From Squalus acanthias (Eukaryota): a DNA stretch of 64,000 bases. A model generated the notes under the pieces. The model was given only the letters and a program-made list of their open reading frames with translations, was not told the DNA's origin and did not search any database. Shown piece after piece: positions 23,070 through 37,004 of this stretch; the first letter of the stretch is position 1, and each line of letters starts with the position of its first letter. Location of the stretch: NCBI GenBank assembly GCA_030390025.1, contig CM059437.1, positions 27,652,001-27,716,000 on the forward strand. Direction: 5' to 3'. The position numbers and the translations under genes are program-made.

Positions 23070-25579
23070 CTGCAATGGAAAAATGAGACTTTAGTGCACT
23101 CAATCCCCACAGCATCTGTCGGTCTTAGGGAGTAGTTTCAAACACTACCATTAGCTGCCATGGAAAAAAGAACCAAGTGCATTAAGAAAGGATCAAAAAT
23201 ATATTACAAGTGTCATTCTGTGCCATTAAATCCACAGGCTTCCTTTTTATAGGCCTAGTGGGAAGCCTGACTATAAAGTGCTGGTGGTTACCTCCAGTGG
23301 TGTCAGTAATAATAAATCTAATTTCTGCTGATGTGCAGCTAAAATATGTGTAGTCTGGATTATGTCTGGATGGAGTAATTTTTCTCCCCTCCTCCTTTTA
23401 TTGATCTGCTTCCTACCTTTTGTTGCACCCCCCTCCCCACCTCCCCACCCACTCTCTATCACGTGCCCATTTGAGAGGACCATGCCTCCTTCAGGCTGTC
23501 TGTCAATTCAGCTCCTGCGCTGGCAGCTCCAAGGTGCATGGCCATCTGCCTGGCTGGCGGGTTTCGCGGCTGCTCTGCATGCCTCAGACTCAGGATGGCA
23601 GTACAACCAGGCGAAGAAAATAAAACAACCTGAGGCTACGTTCCTTTTTTTTGTTTTGTGGAGAACGCCAATTCCTCCACTGATGTGGTGGGCTCCTGTG
23701 TGCTTAGGGAGCTTCGAGTCAACAACTCCCATGTGGAGGTCAGATGTGTGACGCACACAATGGTACTGAAACTGGCCTCCAATGAGTCAGGGCCACGGGT
23801 TCCACGCTGCCGAATAAGTCAAATTCTGATTTTGTTACGTGGATTTCTATTGATTGTTACTGGCGTTTTGGGATTGTACTCTGAGATTCTGCCCGTTCAT
23901 GATTAGGCCCATTGGTGTATGCTGACTGAATAAATCAAATTCTATTATCGATCATCTGGGTTTATTATTGATGTTTGGGAATTCAGAATCCGTGAGCCAT
24001 CCATTTTTCTGTGGAAAAATCAGTGGCTTTACTTACAGTTGTAGTTGCAGGGCTATGGGGGAGTGGGACTAATTGGATAGCTCTTGCAGAGAGCCGGCAC
24101 AGGCACGATGGGCCGAATGGCCTCCTTCTGTGCTGTATCATTCTATGATTCTATGACAGGAGCTGCATTGGAAGAGGGCTGGGAGCAGATAGGGTCACCT
24201 CATACAGGCATGGGGGCGAGGGTCCCATTAAGATAGGCTGGGGCAGGCATTGTCATCCCATACGGGGAATGGGGGGGGCGGGGGGTTGGTTTTATAAAGA
24301 TAATAAGCAAATAAATAAAAAGAGGGAAGTACAATTCGCACATCCATACACAATCTAGACTAACTACCAATTTTAACAACACATCAGTAAAAATGAATTG
24401 TCGTTGGTGATGTCACAGGGGGTAGTAACATGCACTGTATCAATCAGGCATCCAATTGGGACTTTCAAAAAGGAAGTAATTGGATTTAAAAGGATACTAC
24501 AAATTGGAAAATTCCCAAGGCCCGGTAATGTATTTTTGCTCTTTATTAAAATCATTTTTGTCAGTATGCTTCTCTTGTCCTGTTATTTAAGTCTCAAATT
24601 TATAGGCAGGAGGGGGCTGCAGTGTTCGGCAGTAAAAATGTCAGGGAGTGCTGGGAGGAGAGTTTGCAACAGTGATTCGGCAAGCACGGACCTTCCTGTT
24701 CAACCTTGCTGCTGTGTGCGAAGGGGCGGGAAGGAGACCGGAAGGCAGAAGGGACATTCAGTCAGCCTGTCGCTCCAGGTTGCTCTCAGACAGCACCCAA
24801 TGCCAGCTATACAGTGGCGTGCCCTTTGCCTCCATGGGTAGGTTTGCTTTTTGGTCCCTAATCGGCCCCACCCCTCCTCTTACTACCCGTTTATTATTTA
24901 TATGCTGATAGAAGACTTTTGGATTCCCTTTTATGTTAGCTGCCAGTCTATTCTCATACTCTCTCTTTGCCCCTCTTATTTACTTTTTCACTCCCCCTCT
25001 GAACTTTCTATATTCAGCCTGTTTCTCACTTGAATTCACAACCTGACACCTGCTTTTTCTGCTTCATCTTACTCTCTATCTCTTTCGTCATCCAGGGAGC
25101 TGTGGCTTTGGTTGCCCTACCTTTCCCCCCCCCACCGTGGGAGATGTCACGTGATCAAATCTCCAGGTATACGGCCAATCGGAGTTGGCAACCCCACTTA
25201 GATACTGAACAAATGTGGGGGGAGCAGACCCTTTGACAATCCCCCTTTAAGAGTAGACTTTAGAAAATAAAGATAAAATCTGACTGCAACATTTAAGTTA
25301 TTCATTGCAAGTTATTGGGTCATTTCACCAACTCTCCAGGAGATAGACCTCCTGTTTTGTTCATAACTTTATTAAAGTTCAACCTTAATTATGTCTCTCT
25401 CCTGCGAGGCATAGTCACTTTTGTATCTCCATGTACTCTGCACACTTCAGTGACCACGGATGAGTTACTTACTTGATCTGTTTTGACACTCCTGCCTAAA
25501 GCGCACACACAAATGATCTTTCCAGGTTCTGCAAGCATAAAGTCCTCATTTGCAGATTGAGAGGAAATGAGCATAACTT

Positions 25580-26330
25580 TGGGATGGAAATCCCAGAGGT
25601 CATTGCAGGAACGTCTGCCAGAAACTCAACGAATACTGAAATGAACATATCGGCTGATAAATCTGATGGCGCCGCGCCCGTTTCTCAGGTGCTAAACGGG
25701 CGCTTCAACTTCCAATTTGGCGGGCAGGAAGTGTGGGCTCATTACGAGCCGGATGTGCGCTGCCCACCACATTGGCATAGGAAATAAAAATAGGCGTCTA
25801 AGGTCTGTGTCTGAAGCAGCCACTAGGCCCTTTGCAGAAGCAAATAAGGAGCCTAATGCCTGTTTGAGGCCCCCTGTATAAAATTGCTCTGAACGCAGCC
25901 AGCCCCAGGTCTACATGTGAACTAACCAGCAGTCCTTAAAGGGAACACTGGGCTCCACCATCAGAAAGGTAAATTTGTTCAAATATACTTACCTGAATCT
26001 GGTGCCGGTAGGAGGAAGAGTGCTCCTCCTGGCTCCACATCAAGAGCACAGGCTGCAGCCGTACACTACTTCCCTCCCCCTCCCCCGACCGTCGATCGCC
26101 CAGCCAACCCCCTTGGTCGCTCGATCGACCCGCTCCCGGTTCCCCACCCGCCCCATCTCACGGTCGCCCCTACCCTTCTCTTGACCGCTTCCCCATTTTA
26201 AGATCTACCTGTGGGCCGCAACTCCAGAGCTCTTCACCGGCGAGCTTGCCTGGGGACGCCCAGCAACTCTGATGTTAATGAGGCCTGAGGCCTAATCTCA
26301 GATGGGCTTTGTGCCTACCCATTTCGCCGC
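25580..26330. mobile_element. Older Harbinger-like MITE (boundaries approximate)
   Basis: Shares internal motifs (AGGCC/TTTGCA, GTCCTTAAAGG, AGGTAA...CTTACCT) with 39015-39552. Confidence 0.5.
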
Positions 26331-27599
26331 AGGGATTGTATCTCTCTTGTGTCTCAGTGACCAGACTGGACACAGTCGTGCTTTGACCAAAGCATTGGAT
26401 ATATTGATCATGACGTCCTCTGACTTGTACTCGACTGTTTTGGCTGTATCGTTTGGCGTTCTAATTGATTTGTTGATCGCTGCTGTGCAGTGGTTGGACA
26501 TGTTGAACATCAAGCCCACTAAGACCTCTAGATTTCTTGCAACGCCATCCTCAGCTCTTTCAGCAATGACAACTTGCATTTTTAGAACACCTCTAATGTA
26601 GTAAAAACCTCCCAAGCCGCTGCACAGGAGCGTTTCAACACATACACATCGACATACACCAGCCATTGCTCTTCCCTAAGTTGGATCTCCCATGGAATTG
26701 CTCATGGGAAGTCAGAGAATGTTGGGCATTGGGTGGTAGCGCTAAACGGGCGACAGCGCATCGGCCGCATGTTGTACGCCACACTTGAAATTCAGTCGCA
26801 TTGACTTCAACAGAACTGAATATTGGTCAGGGAATATAACAAGCGGCCCATGTGATACCGCCCATTTTGCGCTACCGGCAAAGACGGATTTCTAACTCAT
26901 ATAGTCTCTCTTTTACCTATCTGTCTTCTTCGTGTTGCTGTTTCTGGGTGTGCGTGTGTATCTTATCTTCCACTTCTCCCTCTCTCTTGCTGTTCTTTTT
27001 CCCTCCATCTCCCCCTCTCTTGGTTTTTCCTTGTCACCTTCTGTGTCCATTTATTTTTCTTCTTTCCCTTTGGGTGTCAGGTAGTGCATGGCCTGTCGGG
27101 GAGGGGAGTTGCCAAGGAGAACAGGCCACATTTTCCAGTGCTACCAGAAAGCAACGTGACGAGTGTGGCGTTCTGATCGCCTTGCTCTGTGTCTGTCTCC
27201 TGAGTCCCATCTCCTTTACCATTCCCCTTGCCCCTTCTATCCTCCCCTCCTGATCATTCCTGTGTCACTTCCTCTCCCCCCCTCATGTCCCTTCCTCTTG
27301 AATTGAACTTTTAGGCATTCTATTCACATTTGAAAACAAAGAGTAAAGAATTCTGCCTTCTTCCCTGCAAAAATTGATCAGTTTAACCAACGTTCCCTTT
27401 AAGCTGCATGGCCGCGCAGCGCTCTCGTGGTCCCACGCAGCCGGTGAGCCGGTTTTTACATTGAAAAAAACGCGCATGCACGGATCTTTGAATGGGCGAC
27501 GCGGTCCAAAAAAGAATTACAGGGCCATTGAGTATAACCAATGGGAAACATGCTGGCTCAACCTCCACGGTTTTTTGGGCAACAAGACTTGATCTTTAA

Positions 27600-28160
27600 G
27601 TCCGAATAGTCAAATCCCTCCATGGCCTCACTCTCCCTATCTTTGTAACCTTCTCCAGCCCTCCGAGATCTCTGCGCTCCTCCAATTCTGGCCTCTTGCG
27701 CATCCCCCATTTTCATCGCTCCACCATTGGTGGCCGTGCCTTCAGCTGCCTAGGCCCTAAACTCTGGAATTCCCTCCCTAAACATCTCCAACTATCTACC
27801 TCTCTCTCCTCCTTTAAGATGCTCCTTAAAACCTACCTCATCATCTGTCCTAATATCGCCTTAATCAAAATCACAAAAAAAAAACAGATTATCTGGTCAT
27901 TATCACATTGCTGTTTGTGGGAGCTTGCTGTGCGCAAATTGGCTGCCTCGTTTCCTACATTACAACAGTGACCACACTTCAAAAGTACTTCATTGGCTGT
28001 AAAGCGCTTTGGGACGTCCTGAGGTTGTGAAAGGTGCTATATAAATGCAAGTCTTTCTTCTGAGGCTCGGTGTCAGATTTTGTTTGATAACGCCCCTGTG
28101 AAGCTCCTTGGGACATTATACTACTTGAAAGGCGCTATATAAATGCAAGTTGTTGTTTGT
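27600..28160 (+). mobile_element. L2 LINE 3' end interrupted by a DeuSINE tail
   Basis: GGRAFSCLGPKLWNSLP motif; GCGCTATATAAATGCAAG(TTG)n tail. Confidence 0.75.
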
Positions 28161-28614
28161 TGTACAAGCAGTGATAACAGCATCCATCGTTTATATAGAC
28201 ACTTAAAGATTTTGTTTTAGAAATAGTCAACAATAGAATAAAACGCTAATCATGATTTTTTACAAAGGTTTTACTTTTAAAGGGGAGACTTTCTCTCTTT
28301 AACTGTGGCAGCAACAAGAGTCATGTTATAAGCAACACAGGAAATCAAATTCAGACATATTTTTGTTCCGTCTTTACCACAAACCCATTCCAAACCACAT
28401 AGTGTAAGAGGCCATCCATAACATTCAACTTATTCAAAAGAGTACAATGTGTACGATATTAATTGACCCATTCCTCCCAAAGCAGCACTTAAATGACAAC
28501 AAGTATTAAAAACTATTAAACTGTAAGTGTACACAGAGTTTTAACTCACTCCTTCTATGTTCCCTGGTTTGGGGCGGGGGTGGAGGGGTGGAGGGTAGGG
28601 GGCTAAAATGTGCC

Positions 28615-28840
28615 TGACATGAATCTTGTCATTCATGGGAAATGACTTATGACATAATACTGGGCGGCCTGCTGGTGGCGCTGTCCAGGGAGAGTATAAA
28701 TACTCGGGCATGGGCCCAGCTTGCTCAGGACATTCTTTAACAGGAACTAGTGAAGGACAACTAGATCTCCATGTTGTAAAACAGTTGATTAAAGCTTTGT
28801 TTAACGCTTAGACCAAGTGCCTAGTAGTTTTCTTACGTCA
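28615..28840 (+). mobile_element. Solo LTR (226 bp)
   Basis: TGAC...GTCA termini, 5-bp TSD GTGCC at 28610-28614 and 28841-28845, TATAAATA at 28695 and ATTAAA at 28788. Confidence 0.8.
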
Positions 28841-28934
28841 GTGCCTATATCCCAGGACCATTGGATCCCATCTGAAGAGCATGTCCGATCTATAAAGGGA
28901 ATAAATGTACTCAAGCTACATCATATCACTACGG

Positions 28935-29480
28935 TTACAACAACCTGATATTTAAAAAGCACCTTTAACATGTTCAAAAAGCCAAAGGAGAGATTTGTTG
29001 GGCTGACCAGAAGCTTGGTCAAAGAGGTGGGTTTTAAGGAGGGTATTAAAAGGAAGGAGGCGGAGAGACGGAGGAGTTTGGGAAGGAAAGTACAGGGGGA
29101 GTGTTGCAGAGCTAGAGCAAGTTGCAGAGATAGGAAGGGATGAGGCTGCGAGGGGATTTAAATATGAGGATGAGAATTTTAAACATGAGGCATCGGTAGA
29201 CTGGGAGTCAATGTAGGCCCACAAGGACAGGGTCAATGGGCGAGTGGAACTTGATGTGGGATTGCACACAGGCAGCAGAGTTTTTGAATGAGCAGATGTT
29301 TAAGGTGGATGTAGGATGGGAGGCCAGCCAGGAGAGCATTGAAGTAATAATTTCTCGAGGTGACAAAGGCATGAATGAGGGTTTCAGCGGTAGGTGGGGT
29401 GAGGACGGGGGGTTGGTAGGACGGGGAGAGGGAGGGGCTGTTAAGGAGGTGGAAGTAGGCGTTTGTGATGGACACAGTAC
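28935..29480 (-). mobile_element. Decayed L2 LINE 3' fragment
   Basis: AETLIHAFVTSR...NALLAGLP and LKTHLFDQA motifs. Confidence 0.75.
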
Positions 29481-29666
29481 AGTACATGTAAGGGCAGGTC
29501 CACCAGAATGGACCTTTCATCCACACTCTCAAAACTAAACTCTCGTGACAATTCTAGACAGCCTCTAACCATACCAAACGTGTCATTAATACTTCCACCA
29601 TAAAGTTCTGGCACCAGATGCAAAGGCTGAAATGGTGACTTCATCAGTTACTGCTGTATTTATATT

Positions 29667-30362
29667 GGGCCGGATTTTCCGACCCCCACAGGTGGGTACG
29701 AGGTGTGTACGCACCCGTAGGGGCCTCGCAAGTGCCGGTTTCAGGCATGCGAAGCGCGTGCGCTAAAACCTGGCACTTGCGATCTGTCAAGAATCCTCTT
29801 GACAGATCGCACGCATGCCCGGGAGAAGGGCCTCCGCGGGTGGAGAGTTCCGCTTTCTGCACAACCTCCGGCCGTTGAAAACCTTTAAATATCTTACGCC
29901 TGGTAAAAGCAGGCGTAAGGCCTGCTTTTACCAGCGTAAGAGTTTAAAAAAATAAAAAATTTTCACTGATTTATAATTTAAAAATACTTTTAAAAAAGGT
30001 AAGTTTATTTTGAGCCCCATAAAAAACTTTAATTATTTTTCCAAAGATTTAATGTTATTTTAATGATGTTTTAAAAATTTTTTATTTAATGCTTTACTGT
30101 GTTTTTTAAGTGATCCCCATTCATACTTTTGACAGATCTGTGCGTAGAGACCTGTCAAAAGTGTGAAGGGGGATTCCCTTCTTTGATTGGTTCCCCGTGG
30201 CCCACATGATCCCAGGGACGCTTGCCTGGGATATCTGGGCCTCTGCCCGCGCGGACCAGGAGAGGCCCAGGATTGGGAGTCTCGGGACCTATGGAACCAG
30301 CAGGTAAGTTCGTAGATTTTTTCCGATCGGAGGCATACGCCCGCACGAAGAAATTCAGGCCC
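29667..30362. mobile_element. MITE related to family A
   Basis: TIRs GGGCCGGATTTTC / GAAATTCAGGCCC; shares the GCGCTAAAACC-GGCACTTG block, AT-rich centre and GTCCCA/TGATCCCA-type motif with family A. Confidence 0.75.
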
Positions 30363-30981
30363 AATATGTGCATTTATACGGCGGCTTATCATGTCAAATA
30401 GCTCAAAGTGCTGGTGCGGTGAACTGCTTTTGGAGTGCGACAACTGTTGTTGTCTAAGCAACATGTTATTTTTCCTGCAAGGTGACAGTGCCCCTTTAAA
30501 TTAGGGGAAGAAAAGTTTGAAATTTGCTTCACGGATCCCCAGCGACCTTTCCTTGGTCACCGGGAAAAACCAACAAATTTTTCATCTCCCAAATATGGAA
30601 TTTACCAATCGTGTCAACAGTCTTTGGTTGGCATTTTTCAATGGCACTTCCGGCGCTTTTGATTTATTTGAATTCAACAGAGATATGCACCAAAAATAAT
30701 TACAAGCTGCTAGTGTTACAAACTTGCTCGGAATTAAGGGGACAATTAAAAAAGACGGCCTCAGAGATCTAGAGTGTCAATTAACCGTAGCTTGATATCG
30801 TATTGATCTGAATTTCCAGTGAAGCACCTGAGCTTTGTGCCAAAGATCAGTCTGCCAGATTGGCGCAGCATCGCTTAGAGTTTTGTTCAACCCATTTTAA
30901 ACTGTGATCACCCTGACCTTTTCTAACTGCTGTGTTTACAAAGCTGTCGCAGGTAAATGGCATGTGACTAGCTCTGCACTT

Positions 30982-31658
30982 GGGTGTCAGCTGTGGCTCA
31001 GTGAAAGCACTCTCGCCTCTGAGTCAGATGGTTGTGGGTTCAAGTCCCACTTCAGAGACTTGTGCTCATAATACAGGCTGATACTGCAGTGCAGTGCTGA
31101 GGGAGCGCTGCAATGTCAGAGGTGTCGACTTTTGGATGCGATGTTAAACCGAGGTAACAACAGAAAATGCTGGAAACACTCAGCAGGCCAGGCAGCATCC
31201 ATGGAGAGAGAAACAGAGTTAACGTTTCAGGTCTGTGACCCGTCGTCAGAACTGGTAAAAGTTGGAGATGTAACAGGTTTTAAGCAGGTGCAGAGACAGG
31301 GAAAGAAGGGGGGGGGGAGGAAGGAACTGAAGGCATAATCTGTGCTAGGATTGAACTCAGGAGAGACCAAATGGGGATGGCCTTGTCTGCCCTCTCAGGT
31401 AGATATAAATGATCCCATGACACTATTCGAAGAAGAGAAGGGGAGTTCTCCCTGGTGCCCGGGCCAATATTTATCCCTCAACCAGCATCACTAAAAACAA
31501 ACAGATCATTATCTCATCGCTGTTTGTGGGATCTTGTTGTGCACAAATTGGCTGCTGCATTTCCTACATTACAACACTTCAAAAGTACTTCTTTGATGGT
31601 AAAGCGCTTTGGGATGTCCTGAAAGATGCTATAGAAATGCAAGTCTTTCTTTCTTTCT
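30982..31658 (+). mobile_element. DeuSINE split by a Penelope-like fragment (31156-31378)
   Basis: Deu core breaks at AAACCGAGG| and resumes at CCTTGTCTGCCCTCTCAGG. Confidence 0.8.
31217..31253 (-). ncRNA. Minimal type I hammerhead ribozyme motif, intact core
   Basis: Minus strand AGTT-CTGACGA-C-GGGTC ACA GACCT-GAAA-CG-TT-AACT; stems I and II pair; palindromic ACGT helix III. Confidence 0.78.
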
Positions 31659-31804
31659 ATTTGGTAAGAGGGTAAAGATCTATGAAGACCTGCAACTTTA
31701 GTTCCATCTGCACATGATATTTGAATGCTCAGCACTTGCAATGGTTGAAAAACCGTGCCAAATTTAAACCCATGTATTCTCAGAGTCAACTTTACAGAGC
31801 CTAT

Positions 31805-32651
31805 GGGCTGGATTTTCTCATCTCCGAGGAGGCGGGTATGGAGGCGGGACTGCCGGTAAAGTAGCAGAAAATGGGGGCGGATGGCAAACCCGCCCCCATC
31901 CCGCCTTCCGTGCCCTTTTGCCAGGAGGCGGGAAGATGTGCTGCTTCGGGTCCCGTCTCCTGGAGGCGGGAAAGGGATTAAATCCTTTTAACTGCCTGCT
32001 AACAGGTAGTTAACAGGCAGGAAAAAGGATTTGTGCCATTTTGCCTTCTCAGGTGAAGGCTTCCTGACCTCGGAGAACCCCACCAGGTTGGAGGAGACTG
32101 AAGAGGTCTGCGGGGGTCAGAGGGACCTGGAAGTAAGATGTAGAGGTGAGTGATGGGTGCAAGTGTGGAGTGGTAAGTATGTAAGGTGAGTGATAAGTGT
32201 TTAAAAGTGTTCACTTACCTTGTTTTCTTCCTAGAGCCTTCATCCACCCTGGATAGGGAGACCTGACATCTTCCTTGTCGATTTTACAGACTGGCTGCTG
32301 TTGGATCCTCCGAACCAACAGCCATCTGAAATCGACAAAGTTGAAAGGTTTGATGAGTCCTAAACACAAGGCCTCCTCAAACTACAGAGAATGTCAGTGT
32401 TTGACAGCTTCACAGAGCTGTCAAACGCTGACATTTCTTCTTTCAAGAAATCTTGACAGATGGCACGTCAGACGTTGATGTGCTCTGTCAGTGACTTCCC
32501 CCTAATTGGCCTGCTGAGCCCGCAGGGCGGGCTTAACAAGGTCAATCAGGGGAAAATCCCTTTGGTTGGTCAGATGATGATGGAGGCGGGACATTGACAC
32601 GACAAGCAGCAGTTCCGCCTCCAACTCGTCTCCATTGAGAAAATCCAGCCC
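31805..32651. mobile_element. PIF/Harbinger MITE family B (inverted relative to the other copies)
   Basis: TIRs GGGCTGGATTTT / AAAATCCAGCCC; 3-bp TSD TAT. Confidence 0.88.
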
Positions 32652-32825
32652 TATGCATCCACACGTGCACATATACTTTCTACGGTGCCAGTCCAACAGG
32701 TAGTGGCACAAATACAGGCTCCTGTTTCTGTAGTTCCGATGTGAAACTGTTTTATGGTTCGTTATGATCCAAGATTGAATGAGAAATGAATCACAACTCA
32801 TACTTTTATTAAAAATGTGTGTATA

Positions 32826-33312
32826 ATACAACAACAACAACTTGTATTTATATAGCGCCTTTAACGTAGTAAAACGTCCCAAGGCGCTTCACAGGAGTGT
32901 GATAAGACAAAAAATTGACACCGAGCCACATAAGAAATTAGGGCAGATGACCAATAGCTTGGTCAAAGAGGTAGATTTTAAGGAGCGTCTTAAAGGAGGA
33001 AAGAGAGGTAGAGAGGCGGAGAGGTTTAGGGAGGGAATTCCAGAGCTTAGGGCCTAAGCAACAGAAGACACGACCACCAAAGGTTGAGCGATTATAATCA
33101 GGGATGCTCAAGAGGGCAGAATTAAAGGAACGCAGATATCTCGGGGGGTTGTGGGGCTGGAGGAGATTACAGAGGTAGGGAGGGGCGAGGCCATGGAGGG
33201 ATTTGAAAACAAGGATAAGAATTTTAAAATCGAGGCGTTGCTTAACCGGGAGCCAATGTAGGTCAGCGAGAACAGGGGTGATGGGTGAACGGAACTTGGT
33301 GCGAGTTAGGAT
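32826..33312 (-). mobile_element. L2 LINE 3' end
   Basis: ITPVLADLHWLPVKQRLDFKILILVFKSLHGLAPPYL motif; (CAA)n tail on the plus strand. Confidence 0.9.
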
Positions 33313-34094
33313 AAGGAAAGCAATGAGGGAGTATGAGGTGAGAATCTCAAAAAATATTAACAAGAACAGTATTCTACAAATAAATTAGTAAAAAGGGAAT
33401 GGTTAAATGTGAAGTGGGAGCCCTGAGAGGAGAGGATAATGAGTTAGTAGAGGGTATGCAGAAATTGGTGGGGAAATAACCAGTACTTTACATCAGCATT
33501 TGCAAAGGAGACAGATATTGGGGAGGAGGTAAATCCTGAATTTGTTAAAAGTGAGATGAGAGATATATTAAATAAAAGTATTAGAGAAATTAGTTAAGAT
33601 AAAGGAGAACAAAGTGCTAGGACCTGACAGGATACATCCAAGGATTCTGAGGGAAATGAGGAAAGAAGCAGTGGGGTCAATTTTAACCGCCCTGCTTTGC
33701 CTCGATGTCAACTATTTTTCCTCCATTCTGTGCCGCACCCTGAGGTCCCTTTCTGTATGTGAGAAATGCTAAAGGAACGTAAGCTCTTGTCCACGATTCT
33801 CCATGTGGTAGTTCCTGAGCTCAGCCTTGCTGCAGCCAATGAACAGAGACACTGACCCAAGAGAGGGTGGACCAGAGAACACTTCCAGCAGCATCCTAGT
33901 GCAGCAAAGCTTCAAGGTGGTACTTCAAGATAAGCCTATCCAAAATATTAGTAAACAATACTCTTTCATTTTAGGCTCGCAGGGGATTATAAATTAAGCT
34001 TTAGGAACACAATTTTTAAGTTTGTTTATTGTAGTTTCTCCTTTAAATCTATTAGGGTAGATTTTCCTGTCATGGACAGATACAGAAAATAATT

Positions 34095-34745
34095 TTTAAA
34101 AAAGGCTAATGGAATGCTGGCCTTTATAGCTAGAGGACTAGAATACAAGGCAGTAGAAGTTATGTTGCAGCTAAAAAAAGCCCTGGTCAGACCACCCCTG
34201 GAGTACTGTGAGCAGTTCTGGGCACCACACATTAGGGAGGATATATTGGCCTTGGAGAGAGTGCATCGTAGATTTACCAGCATGATACCCGGACTCCAAG
34301 GGTTAAATTACGAGGAGAGATTACACAAAATTGGGTTGTATTCCCTGGAATTTAGAAGCTTAAGGGGTGATTTGATCGAAGTTTTCAGGATATTAAGGGG
34401 AACAGATAGGGTGGATAGAGAGAAACTATTTCTGCTGGTTGGGGATTCTAGGACTAGGGGGCATAGTCTAAAAATTAGAGCCAGACCTTTCAGGAGTGAA
34501 ATTAGGAAACACTTCTACACACAAAGGGTGGTAGAAGTTTGGAACTCTCTTCCGCAAACGGCAATTGATGCTAGATCAATTGTTAATTTTAAATCTGAGA
34601 TTGATAGATTTTTGTTAATCAAAGGTATTAAGGGATATGGGGCAAAGCGGGTATATGGAGTTAGATCACAGATCAGCCATGATCTCATTGAATGGCGGAA
34701 CAGGCTCGAGGGGCTGAATGGCCTCCTCCTGTTCCTATCTTCCTG
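34095..34745 (+). mobile_element. CR1 3' fragment
   Basis: ANGMLAFI...RGDLIEVF...FYTQRVVEVWNSLP and CR1 3' UTR. Confidence 0.9.
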
Positions 34746-36167
34746 TTTTCCTCTTTGGGCTCCGATAGGCACTTTAGAGGAGACAGCTGCCCGCATTATT
34801 CTTCTTGTGCGCCATTTGAGCGGCCCGGGGAATACTACAGGTGCAGGCCTGCCTCCCAGCTGGGCCTAGCATCCGAAGATCTTGGAGGAAATTGGGAGCA
34901 CAGGCTTCTCAGGCCTGTGGCTGTGTGCTGGGCCCCCCCAAGATCAGGGCTGAGCTGGAGAGCAGCAGCCAGAAGGTTCCAGTGCTTCTAATCGCCCCAG
35001 GGAACAGGAGCGAGGGTTGAATAAAAATCTGAACTTGTCCGTAGGACCCCGGCAGACCCTCATTATTCACGGGAGAATGGGAGACATGCTGGGAATGCCC
35101 CATCTGCCTCATTTAAATAGCCATGCTGGGCTTGTTCCTACTTCAGGTGCAGAATGGGTCCGAGACTTGATGCAATGGTTCTCTCCTGCATTTCCTTCTT
35201 CCTTGTGCCTGGAGAGTGCTGATTCCCCAGGCGCATGCAAGAGGAAAATTTCCTCTATATACTTTTTTCTGTGGGGGGGGGGGGGGGGCGCAGATGGAGA
35301 AGACAAATATTTGTCAGGATGAGGAATATCACTGCTGAGGAAATTCAGCAAAAGGGAACACTTCTAATGCCCAAGAATTTCCAGTCTGTGGGTTAGATGC
35401 GGGCTAACACGTGCTCTATTCATCCCGAATGATCTCTATTAACCTCCAGCTCTGGAACAGCAGTGCCTCACCAACAAAATTGTCAATTTAGCATCAAAAT
35501 TGTGGTCAACTTTGCCCTGTTGTTCCGTACCCAGCAAGACCTGGGCTGATGCTGCCCCAATTCATTTCACTTCAGAGCCTTCGAATTAAGCAACAGAGAG
35601 CGGAGACTTGTGGCTACTGGGCTGGACTAGAAAAAAAACAGCTTCCGGAGATGAATGGAAAACGTTTCCACAGATTACATCACCCAGTTCCTCTATAGCA
35701 GGGAGAAAAAAAGCTTAATGTGAGCATCACTCAATAAAGCCAGGCTCCAGTTAAAGACAGGCATTTTTATATTTTTGAACATATTTGTAATGAGCCGTTC
35801 CAGCTTCCTTACCCGTGATAGTTCTAGAATTCAATATTTTTTTCTAATTCATATCTAATTTTGAATGAGGCAACATATCCAAGCATTCTGGCTGGAGTAA
35901 CACCAATAAAAACAAAAGGGAGTATTCGAAGGAAATTACAAATGGTACGTTATTTTTGGTAAAGATAACTTGGATAACATTGATTGTTTGCTCATTGTAC
36001 CAGTTTACTTGAGATTACTGAAGGGAATGACTAACATTTGGGGCCTATTGTTGGGGTTACCACCAATGAGCAGCTGGCTATGGCAGTAAGATTACTGTCC
36101 GTCTAGTTTTGGATTCGACATTTCCCCTTTTGAGCGGAAAATCTATAACATGCAAACCAGACACTTT

Positions 36168-37004
36168 GGGGGCGATTTTGTGACTGGGGGCGTGTTGGAG
36201 GCGGGACTGCTGCTTGTCGGGTCGATGTCCCGCCTCCATCGATTTGTGGCCAACCCACGCTATTTTCCCTTGATTGAACTTGTTAAGCCCACCCAGCGGG
36301 CTTAGCAGGCCAATTAAAGGAAAGCCGGTTGCAGAGCACATCAACGTATGACGTTTCATCTGTCAAAAATTTTTGACAGACGAATTGTCATCGTTTGACA
36401 GCTCTGTGAAGCCGTCAAACAGTGACATTCTCTGCAGTTTGATGAGGTCTTGAATACAAGACCCCATCAAACTTCTTTCTTTAACAGAATTGAGATGGTT
36501 GTTGCATCTGTGAATGCAATGGCCACCTGTCATTCCCAACGTGGATGTCCGAGACTCTCCGCATACACACCCACTGAAGCCTGCAGGAAGAAACAAAGGT
36601 AAGTGCACTTTTACTAACACTTTGCACTTACCTCAGATACTCACCTCTCCACTCTTGTACCCATCACTTACCTTCACACTACACTTTTGCACCCCCCGCA
36701 GACCCAGTACTCGCCTCGCTGAGCTGGCGGGTTTCGGAGCCTTCAGGAAGCCCGCACTTGTGAGGGCAAAAAGGGGATAATCCTATTTTCTGCCTGTTAA
36801 CTACCTGTTAACAGGCAGTTAACAGGCTTTAATCCCTTCCCGCCTCCAAGGAGACGGGACCCGGCGCGGGACGGCTACCCGCCTCCTGGGAAGATGGCAC
36901 GGAGGCGGGTTGGGGGTGGGTTGGGCACCCGCCCCCAAATTCTGCCATTTTCCCGGCAGTCCCGCCTCCATACCCGCCTCCCCAGGGCTGGCAAAATCGC
37001 CCCC
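36168..37004. mobile_element. PIF/Harbinger MITE family B, diverged subfamily
   Basis: TIRs GGGGGCGATTTTG / CAAAATCGCCCCC; interior colinear with 54784-55628. Confidence 0.85.

Noticed and set aside
25985-25995. U1 snRNA gene (ATACTTACCTG)
   Set aside because: The match stops after 11 nt and no U1 body follows.
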